The notes beneath the pieces were generated by a model. The model did not search any database. It saw nothing but the letters and a program-made list of their open reading frames with translations, and had not been told where the DNA came from. Shown in pieces: positions 56,312 to 64,000 of a stretch of 64,000 nt of DNA (the first letter of the stretch is position 1; the number at the start of each line of letters is the position of its first letter). Source of the stretch: Candidatus Berkelbacteria bacterium (GTDB lineage: Bacteria > Patescibacteriota > UBA1384 > CAILIB01); the NCBI GenBank assembly GCA_043751595.1, contig JAYUZR010000035.1, forward strand, positions 2,534 to 66,533. The letters are read 5' to 3'. The position numbers and the translations under genes are program-made.

Positions 56312-57355
56312 ATGGCTGACTCCAGAAATACCACCATCCTCCTGACTGGAGCCATTGCTACCGTTTTTTTGATGAGCTTCCTGGCATCAGCAAGTATTGC
56401 TGGCACCAGAATCGGCTCCAGTAGCTCGCAGAGTGACGGCCCCAACCAGTTGGGTGCCACCAACACCAGCGCAGCTGTCCCTACCGATCCCCGCATCGCC
56501 AGCCTTACTCAGGCAATCACTCGCTTGGCAGACCCTAAAGCAACAGCTGCCGATAAAGCCTCTTCACTTACCTCAACCTCCAATAGCCTACTCGAGTTAA
56601 AAAAAGGTCTTGCTACTAATACAAAACTGACTCAAGAAAAAAAGACTGAGTACGGCACTAAAATTGATGAAGCCCTCACCCTGGTAAACCAGGCAAGTGC
56701 AGCTGCCAAGGCTGGTAATGGGGGAGCACAGTCTGCTGAGATCATGAAAAAGCTTCTCGCCAAGCTTGATGAACTCCCCGATAAAGACCGCAAGGCAATT
56801 TATGGAATTGAAACTGGTGGTGCCGCTGCGGCAGTAGCCTTTGCTATTGCGGCCGTAAATGCCAACGGCAATGGAGCCGCTGGTGGTATTTACCCTTACT
56901 CACACACTCGCCCTATCAACCCAACAGCATCCAACCCAGCCCAACGCGGCTTCGATTGCTCTGGCTTTGTGGGTTGGGTATTAAGCTCAGTCGGAGTTAT
57001 CACCCTCACCAATGGCCAGGTAGATACTCAGTTACTCTACGATAAAGCGGAGGCTGGCAAAGAGATAACTTCAGTACGTAAGGGCAAGCTCAGCTATTCT
57101 GATGCTCAGAATATGTACAAGTCTGGAGAGCTTAAACCTGGTGATATTCTCTTGAGTGGAATGTATAAGGGGCAGCGGGTTGAAGGAGTTTCTCACGTTG
57201 TACTCTTTTTGGGTGAAGTTGATGGAAAATTAATGGTGGCTGAATCTCAAGACCGAGACGGCAAACACGGCGTTCACTTTACTACCCTAGAAACACGCCT
57301 AAGTGGCGGAAGAGCTGGTGTAAGCCTACTAGCTAGACCCAACTATGCTGGATAA
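56312..57355 (+). CDS. NlpC/P60 (C40) peptidase with N-terminal anchor and helical stalk
   Basis: GFDCSGFVGWV, LKPGDILL, SHVVLFLG. Confidence 0.88.
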   Translation: MADSRNTTILLTGAIATVFLMSFLASASIAGTRIGSSSSQSDGPNQLGATNTSAAVPTDPRIASLTQAITRLADPKATAADKASSLTSTSNSLLELKKGLATNTKLTQEKKTEYGTKIDEALTLVNQASAAAKAGNGGAQSAEIMKKLLAKLDELPDKDRKAIYGIETGGAAAAVAFAIAAVNANGNGAAGGIYPYSHTRPINPTASNPAQRGFDCSGFVGWVLSSVGVITLTNGQVDTQLLYDKAEAGKEITSVRKGKLSYSDAQNMYKSGELKPGDILLSGMYKGQRVEGVSHVVLFLGEVDGKLMVAESQDRDGKHGVHFTTLETRLSGGRAGVSLLARPNYAG

Positions 57356-60300
57356 CCTGCGTAGTCGCCTAGTCGGGTTATCGTTAGCTGCACTTCTTAT
57401 TCAGCCAATTTTCCCATTGGTGGCGCAGGCAGCAGATGAGCAGACCGCAGCACAAACCATTCGTACCTGTTCAGAGCAAGTTGCAGACTACTACGAACGT
57501 GGCATTGATCCCGAGGGACTAGGGGAAGCTGTAGATACTGTGGCCTTTGAAGCTAATGATCCAGATAATCCACCAACCCCCGAGGAGTTGGCCGAGTACG
57601 AAGACTTCCAGAACATTACCGAGTTTGATAACGGTGAGGGAGTTAACGTCTTCAACCAAATTATCGACCTAAACGTTGTAAAAAATACCCCTGGTGCCCT
57701 CCCTGAAACCATCTCCCTCATCACCAGCGACGAATACGTAGCCAGCGTCATTGCCCTCTATGGTGACAATATTACTCACTACAAAACCAGTTTCTACGAT
57801 CTTATTGTGGTCTGTAAGGCATCGAGCGCGGTAATTGATGAAAGAATCTTCGACCCTTACGTTCCGATCACTCCAGACTTCTTAAGCCTGAGCGAGGCCA
57901 TCCAGCTTTCTTCTGCCAAGATTGCCTTTGCCCGAGCAGAGGATAAATACTACCTCCTAGGAGAACACTGCGAAGGTGGCCTTATTAGTACGCCAGCTAG
58001 CCAGTGGACCGCCGACACCAACCCCTGCCCAGGTTTTAAGCCAGAGGACGATATTATCCGAACCGGAAAATCACTAGGTAGATGGGATGCGCCCAAGGTC
58101 GATCCGCGTGTTCTCTATACCCTTCTCTACTTAGTTACTCCAACCGAAGAAGGTGGCGCTGGTCGTGAGTACATTAAAGTAGCTCGCTTAGTAGACCCCA
58201 TTTCAAGCAATATTCTTACCAACGCCGTTGCCAGCCCTTCGCCAGAAGCTAGTCCTTCTCCATCTCCTTCCGCCAGCCCTTCGCCATCCGCCTCGCCCAG
58301 CGACGAGCTAAAGTTTTCTAAAAGTAGTCAAGATGATACCGCCAAACAACCCGATCTTACTGGGTATCAAATTAATCCGGACGATGAACCTCACTTACCT
58401 ACCAAGGTAGCCAGCGCGGTTTCTATTAGTGAGATTGATAAAATCCGCTCGACTATTAAGATCACCAAGTATATTGGTATTTTTAGAAAGAAGTCGCGCG
58501 AGTATAACTACTACGCCCCATACCCAGTAAAGGTAGCCTGGCAAACTGAGGCTGGCTCGGCTGCTCAATCTATCCCAACCTTTGCCCAACCCCAGCTCAA
58601 CCTTTTGGCTAATGGCCGCTTCTTGGCGAACCAAGGCATCGTTGAGATGCTCAACCAGAACGGACTTGGCGATCTTAAGCTTGATGCCAATAGTGTAGAA
58701 ATTAATTCCTTTGAGGACGTTGGTCGCTTGGTGGGAACGTCGCTAATCGAGCAATTACTAGGCACCCCTAATAACTCACTCAAGGGCTGGGATCTTACCT
58801 CTACCCTCGAGCAAATTGGTCGTGCTTACGCTGAGCAGCAAATCGGCCTTACCGCCGGGTCATTAGCAGAGGGTGACGATTTCCAGTCACTGGTTCGAAA
58901 TATTGGCCGTAGAACGATCGAGAAAAACTTAAACCTACCAGAACGCTCCTTGGCCGATGCCGGTGGGGATTCTTCGGTGTTACTTGAGAACCTTGGTAAG
59001 CGCTGGCTAGAGACCGAAGTACTTAAAATTAGCCCCGGATCCCTCGACGGTACTTCCGAGTTTCCAACCACCAAGGTCTCAGACCTCTTAGCCAGGGTGG
59101 GCGAGGGAAGAATAGAGGCGGTTATGAAGCTCCCGCGCCAGAGTATGCGCAAGAAGATCTACAGCGATAGTGATCCACAAAAAAGCTTACGCGATAGCAG
59201 TGTTAAGGCTCGCCTTACCTTCCCAGATGTTAAAGGGAGTCCTAAAGACGAAGATTATCTAACCGCCGATTATCTTAACTCGCTCCTAAGCCTTTCCTAC
59301 GTTGAATACAACGGTAGCGGGGCAAATATGTACGGCTTCACCAAAAATGACCTGCGTGACGCGGTTATTAACTTCTTTAAGGCTGGCAGCAACCAGAATG
59401 CCGTTGATACTTTTAAGCAGATTGTAGGAAGTAGAGTACTCGAGACATCGCTTGGAAGCTTCCAGTTGGGTGGAACGAGCACTCCAGTAACGAAGGAAAA
59501 GAAGCGTACGGTTGATATTACCAATTTAGGGCTTTTCACTTATGCAAAGGAGAAGGATGATAAGGGTAATCCTATCGCTTACGATTCCAACACCAAGTTC
59601 TATCCGTATTCTTGGTATCAAAAAATCCCATTTGGCGATCACGATACATTGGGCCAAGGAACACTTTGCGGCGCACTAGGGGAAGAGCCTTCAAACGATA
59701 GACTTCAGTTTGAAACCCCTGGAGGTGACAAATATACCGTGAAGTGTAATGAGCGAGATGAAGTAGCAAGTGATACCGCAGATACCAGCTTCTTTAAAGA
59801 TTTGCAGGAGTATCTTCTTTCGCCAGATCTTGTTACTCAAACCGAGTTTAGACCAGATGAAAGCATTCATAAGGCACCAGTATATGCCGACTACCTTAAG
59901 GCAACTCCCGATAACGAATCCTTCGCCAAGCGCAGGTACAACCACGACTACGTTGCCTACATTAATGACCCAAGGCTCAATGTTGCCGTACCTCGCAACG
60001 GAGTAACTGGCGCAGATAGAGCAAGTCTTAGCGCCAAGCCAGTTGCCAGCGCAAGCGATCTCAAGCCAGACGATGCCGCTGGCCTCGCGGCACTTTCTGC
60101 TATCGCACCAATTTCTAGTGCACGAGCCTTTATTAATCAGACTCCTGAGTTAGCTAATAGCGCGCCACTCCAGGCAACGCTTAATATGATTAGCGCACTC
60201 TATAGTACGCAGCAGTCGGTTGTGGTTAATGGGAAAACCGTTCCTCTCTTTGATCTCACCCCCGTAATGAATCAAGCAGGGGAAGAGCTACAGTATTCGC

Positions 60301-63300
60301 TTGCACTTCGCCTTAACGCCCTTCGTGCCCACCCAAGCTATAACGGAAACAAAGAGCAGTACCTTAGGGAGTATAATGATATTTCTATACCTACCGCCAC
60401 TTCCAGCAACCCGTATAAGGGCTGGGATTTCCTATTAAGCGATCTTAAGGGCCAAGTAGCCTGCTTCCAGCGAAGTGGAGTTTGGCAGTATTCAGATGCC
60501 GCCCAAGGATTTGGCTGCGTTGCTGGTACAACTAAAAAGGTTATTAGCGCCGATGCCTCAACCGCATCCAACCAGGTAATCACCTACATCGATCGCCTTC
60601 GCGAGCAGGTTACCAGTCTTTCCGATGCCCTAAGTTTTATGCTGGGAACTGGCGGCAACTGCCAGGGTGATGATGCCTCGAGTGAAGAGCTTTGTGGTCA
60701 GAGTGGAGCCAGTCAGGCAGTGGAGATTTACGGCTCCCTATACGAAACCGATGATAATGGAAGGATCGATACCGCTAAAATTGCTTACTCCAAAGACCCA
60801 CTGCGTGATTTGTTTATGCCTGTCATCAAAAAGCAGAATGGCAAAGCTAAAGGAGTAGACCGTGGAGCTGTAGTACAAATTAACGGGGCTGTTACCAACG
60901 GAAGTATCAACACTGCACTCGTGGCGAGCACCCAAAAATCGTACTGGAAACAAATTGGCCTCCAGGTAGCGAGTAAGCAATTTACCAATGGTAATAGCCA
61001 GCGCCAGACCATGGCCACCACCCTACAAACAGGGTTTGGCGACTTTACCGCTGCCCTCAAGAACCTCGGTGCCTTCTCGATGGATGATAGCAAGTTGAAG
61101 GCAGCCGGCATGACTATTGAAGACTTTGCTCGTATCTTCCAGCTTGGATTAGAGGACGATGTCTTTGAGCGATACGGCCGAGAAGAATTGCTGCGGGCCT
61201 TATGGACCAAGACCGGCGCCACGGCAAGTATTAAAAAATCGACTGAGTATCAGAGCTTCATGAAAGAGCTGAACGACGTTGCGCAAGATGTCGGCTTCTA
61301 TCGAACCCGAATTGTCCGACTGACTGCGAATGATGGCGTCGTGGCGCAACTATCAGATACCCTCAACACCTTAAGCACCAAACTTAAGGCCGATGGCAAA
61401 ATGACTGATGCCGAGTTTGATGCAATGAAGGCCGAGTACAACCAATCTCAGGCTGTTGCCGCTATTCAGCGAAGTGTCGATCCATCCCAGCGAGGTGCCC
61501 TCTCGCAACTAGAAGCAACTGCTAAGGGTTTGCAAACCGCTGGTCGCGATCACGAGCGTCCACTTCGTCGCATCTATCAACAGCTCCTCACTATTAAGAC
61601 TCGCTTCCCAACTGTGGGCACCGAGCCAAGCTATGGTGGATTGATGACAAAAGCAGAAGATCTTGCCGAAGAGGGGGTCCAGCTTGTTCAGGAAATTGCC
61701 GCCGGCAAGCAACTACCTCGTCCGGTATACGACGGAACCCTAAGTGGTGGAATTGATAAAAAAGCTGGTGGCCTAGCCGAGAAGAGTTATTCCAATAACC
61801 AGTGCTTCCCTCAGGGCAACCTGATTCAAGTATTAATGCGGGATAAGAAGCTTCTTGATACCACCAGCATTGATCAAACCGGATCTTTCAAGGCGCAACT
61901 TGCCAGCTTTGCCATCTACACCGGAGCCTGCCGGCTCGATACCGCCCTTGGCATGCCAAAGGGGAGTGTCTTTGGTTGGTATAGTCTGGGCAAAAAAGCC
62001 TTCCCACCCAAGAAAGATCTTGCCGCCAAGCCACCAATTGATCCAAACCCAACGCTCACCAACCCAGATGGAAGCCCAGCTCCTGGTGTACCTAGTTGGA
62101 AGGCTGGTGAAATGGGAACAGAAAATCTTGCCCTTGCAGCTGGTATTGGTGATGCCATCGCCAACAACGACACCACGGTTAGCTACACCAATATTCACAC
62201 CCAAAGCGCGACCAAGATTAAGGCACTAATGGACCGTGGGAAAAATGTCTTAATTGCTTCAGTAACCCTGCAACTCGCCAAGCAGTTCCCAGGAATTGAA
62301 GCTGCTCTGCGCAAAGCCAACCTTAGCCTGGACGATGTATCTCACATATTGCAGGGAGACCTGCGGCCACTGGCTCTTAAGTTGGGTGGGCCTGTTCTTG
62401 ATAAAGCGCTCGATCTCCCCAAGGGCACTGGATATGCCTTAATGTTCCCAACCTGCCGATCCGAAACCGGGGCCACAACTGCCTGTATCAACGACCCTAA
62501 CCACCCTGGAACTGACCCTGATAATATCCGCCTCCAGACCATGGCTCGGGTTGGCTTTAAAAAGATTGGGGCCCAGATTCCCGATTTCCCGGCAGACTTC
62601 GATCTACTTAGCGGAGGTAACCTAGCCGCTTCGTGGGGTACTTCTCGCATTAGTAGTGTCCTCGGCCTTGAGAGTAATAGCTTTGGCGGAGTACTTGCCA
62701 GCAAGACCAGCCTTACCACCTCACAGCTCAATACTATTTCTAGCGTCGTATCAGGCAACTGTCCAAAATCACTCGACGCAACCAGCCAGCCAAACCAATG
62801 TTCGGCCGAGGCTACTGCCAGAATTGCACAGGCGTTTAGGGTAGAAAATCCTAAAAAGTCGAATTACATCGAGTTAAGTAAGAAGCTTACAGCAAGCCTC
62901 AAGAACACCACTCCTCTAGCAAAGGGAGCGTTAGCGACTATTACTGATAGTGACCCCGTAAACCAAGCACTCGACTGGTACCTCTACCATACCAGCCTTG
63001 GTATGTTCCAAACCCAACTTGCCCCTGATCTTATTACCAAAGAAGATACCATTGCCGCAGGTAAAAATATCGCCAGCGCAGCCTACTATTATTACCTATA
63101 CGAACCCTACGTAGCACCTGCTCAAAAAGGTCTTATTTCCAGGCTCTGGGATGCCGTGGCCGATCCAAGCCTGCATGTAGGAATTGCCGATCCTAAAGAG
63201 AGAATCCGAGCTGCCCGCCGTATTATTGTTCAAAGCTTTTACTCATCCGATACCTTTAGAGACATCACCCCCGATCAACTAGATCAGGCAACACCACCAG

Positions 63301-64000
63301 GTGGAGGTAAGCCAACCCTGACGGCCTTTGTAAATGAGAATACCGCATCCGCAACGGGTGTAGTACTTGCTTTGCGCAACCAAGTAAAGCAGACCACTAC
63401 CGCCCTTCGCTTAAGTGATAGCGACAAAGAACTAAAAGACGGCTCTGCTGTATTCTACAAGTTCCTTCGCTCTGAAATTGACGGAGAGAAAATTTCCACC
63501 AACATTGGTCAGATTGACGCCGTTGGTGGAATTATCACCAATCTTTTCGATAAATACATTGGTGGAAACGATGCACCCACTTGGCTTAAAGAGGGGAATG
63601 ATATCTTTAAAACATTCTCTAAGGGGGTTTGTGGAAAAGATATTAATATTGGCCAGTTTATCTCAAGCTCCATGGTAAATGGCGGCGATGGCTCCTGCTT
63701 CAGTAATAATATTGGCACCGCCAATATGAGCAATGTGCTCTATGGATCTGGATTTACCCAGTTTAGAGACGTTCTCTTTGATAAGTTTCTTGCCCGCACC
63801 TTTAGCGCACAGCTAGAGCAGGAGATAGGACTTGATAAAGGAACCTTCCGCAGTATTGTCACCACTCCTTCTAATGGGCGACAGATCTTACTTAGTCAGG
63901 GTGTACGCCACTTTGCCGACCAGCTCTTCGGCAGAAACACTAGTAGCACCTGCTACATCACCGAGGGAGATAGTACTTCTTGTGCAGAATCAAAGTTACG
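57345..64000 (+). CDS. giant secreted protein (>2,218 aa), 3' partial
   Basis: ATG at 57345, signal peptide MLDNLRSRLVGLSLAALLIQPIFPLVAQA; frame open at start, middle and end where I translated it; absent from the ORF track, consistent with no stop in the window. Confidence 0.88.
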   Translation, partial: MLDNLRSRLVGLSLAALLIQPIFPLVAQAADEQTAAQTIRTCSEQVADYYERGIDPEGLGEAVDTVAFEANDPDNPPTPEELAEYEDFQNITEFDNGEGVNVFNQIIDLNVVKNTPGALPETISLITSDEYVASVIALYGDNITHYKTSFYDLIVVCKASSAVIDERIFDPYVPITPDFLSLSEAIQLSSAKIAFARAEDKYYLLGEHCEGGLISTPASQWTADTNPCPGFKPEDDIIRTGKSLGRWDAPKVDPRVLYTLLYLVTPTEEGGAGREYIKVARLVDPISSNILTNAVASPSPEASPSPSPSASPSPSASPSDELKFSKSSQDDTAKQPDLTGYQINPDDEPHLPTKVASAVSISEIDKIRSTIKITKYIGIFRKKSREYNYYAPYPVKVAWQTEAGSAAQSIPTFAQPQLNLLANGRFLANQGIVEMLNQNGLGDLKLDANSVEINSFEDVGRLVGTSLIEQLLGTPNNSLKGWDLTSTLEQIGRAYAEQQIGLTAGSLAEGDDFQSLVRNIGRRTIEKNLNLPERSLADAGGDSSVLLENLGKRWLETEVLKISPGSLDGTSEFPTTKVSDLLARVGEGRIEAVMKLPRQSMRKKIYSDSDPQKSLRDSSVKARLTFPDVKGSPKDEDYLTADYLNSLLSLSYVEYNGSGANMYGFTKNDLRDAVINFFKAGSNQNAVDTFKQIVGSRVLETSLGSFQLGGTSTPVTKEKKRTVDITNLGLFTYAKEKDDKGNPIAYDSNTKFYPYSWYQKIPFGDHDTLGQGTLCGALGEEPSNDRLQFETPGGDKYTVKCNERDEVASDTADTSFFKDLQEYLLSPDLVTQTEFRPDESIHKAPVYADYLKATPDNESFAKRRYNHDYVAYINDPRLNVAVPRNGVTGADRASLSAKPVASASDLKPDDAAGLAALSAIAPISSARAFINQTPELANSAPLQATLNMISALYSTQQSVVVNGKTVPLFDLTPVMNQAGEELQYSLALRLNALRAHPSYNGNKEQYLREYNDISIPTATSSNPYKGWDFLLSDLKGQVACFQRSGVWQYSDAAQGFGCVAGTTKKVISADASTASNQVITYIDRLREQVTSLSDALSFMLGTGGNCQGDDASSEELCGQSGASQAVEIYGSLYETDDNGRIDTAKIAYSKDPLRDLFMPVIKKQNGKAKGVDRGAVVQINGAVTNGSINTALVASTQKSYWKQIGLQVASKQFTNGNSQRQTMATTLQTGFGDFTAALKNLGAFSMDDSKLKAAGMTIEDFARIFQLGLEDDVFERYGREELLRALWTKTGATASIKKSTEYQSFMKELNDVAQDVGFYRTRIVRLTANDGVVAQLSDTLNTLSTKLKADGKMTDAEFDAMKAEYNQSQAVAAIQRSVDPSQRGALSQLEATAKGLQTAGRDHERPLRRIYQQLLTIKTRFPTVGTEPSYGGLMTKAEDLAEEGVQLVQEIAAGKQLPRPVYDGTLSGGIDKKAGGLAEKSYSNNQCFPQGNLIQVLMRDKKLLDTTSIDQTGSFKAQLASFAIYTGACRLDTALGMPKGSVFGWYSLGKKAFPPKKDLAAKPPIDPNPTLTNPDGSPAPGVPSWKAGEMGTENLALAAGIGDAIANNDTTVSYTNIHTQSATKIKALMDRGKNVLIASVTLQLAKQFPGIEAALRKANLSLDDVSHILQGDLRPLALKLGGPVLDKALDLPKGTGYALMFPTCRSETGATTACINDPNHPGTDPDNIRLQTMARVGFKKIGAQIPDFPADFDLLSGGNLAASWGTSRISSVLGLESNSFGGVLASKTSLTTSQLNTISSVVSGNCPKSLDATSQPNQCSAEATARIAQAFRVENPKKSNYIELSKKLTASLKNTTPLAKGALATITDSDPVNQALDWYLYHTSLGMFQTQLAPDLITKEDTIAAGKNIASAAYYYYLYEPYVAPAQKGLISRLWDAVADPSLHVGIADPKERIRAARRIIVQSFYSSDTFRDITPDQLDQATPPGGGKPTLTAFVNENTASATGVVLALRNQVKQTTTALRLSDSDKELKDGSAVFYKFLRSEIDGEKISTNIGQIDAVGGIITNLFDKYIGGNDAPTWLKEGNDIFKTFSKGVCGKDINIGQFISSSMVNGGDGSCFSNNIGTANMSNVLYGSGFTQFRDVLFDKFLARTFSAQLEQEIGLDKGTFRSIVTTPSNGRQILLSQGVRHFADQLFGRNTSSTCYITEGDSTSCAESKL

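Noticed and set aside
57491-63733. Short ORFs listed on both strands
   Set aside because: Shadows of the single long plus-strand frame starting at 57345
49479-64000. ICE integrated at tRNA-Leu(TAA)
   Set aside because: No integrase, relaxase or duplicated tRNA 3' end in view; cannot be fully excluded beyond the window

Overview
Bacterial chromosomal window (standard code 11; TGA is used as a stop). Gene content points to Patescibacteria/CPR: arrays of VirB2/TrbC-like pilins, several type IV pilin-like genes, murT-gatD, a membrane-anchored Clp ATPase, paired DHH phosphoesterases and tRNA-Ile(UAU). This assignment is inferred from gene content, not from a search. Core genes: pyk, pfkA, recA/recX, ftsK, ychF, secG, rpsO, pnp, rpsA and 9 tRNAs. 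An accessory-looking stretch (about 12.6-24.7 kb) holds three toxin-antitoxin pairs, a dipZ-fasciclin-MarR module and a frameshifted lipid phosphotransferase. The best candidate for an undescribed system is the co-oriented locus from 49.6 kb to the window end: PrgI, a VirB4-associated protein, a VirB4-like ATPase, a lambda-lysozyme + C39 hydrolase, a pilin, a PEGA/beta-propeller protein, an NlpC/P60 protein, and a >2,200-aa secreted repeat protein (57345 onward) missing from the ORF track. No relaxase, coupling protein or integrase is in view. Other notable signals: a near-perfect Pho-box promoter ahead of a TasA/SipW-like operon, three families of non-coding structured repeats (one with clear covariation), a TAnnnT-N6-start leaderless signature at 14 genes, and several intact but catalytically eroded enzymes. 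All calls come from reading motifs by eye.
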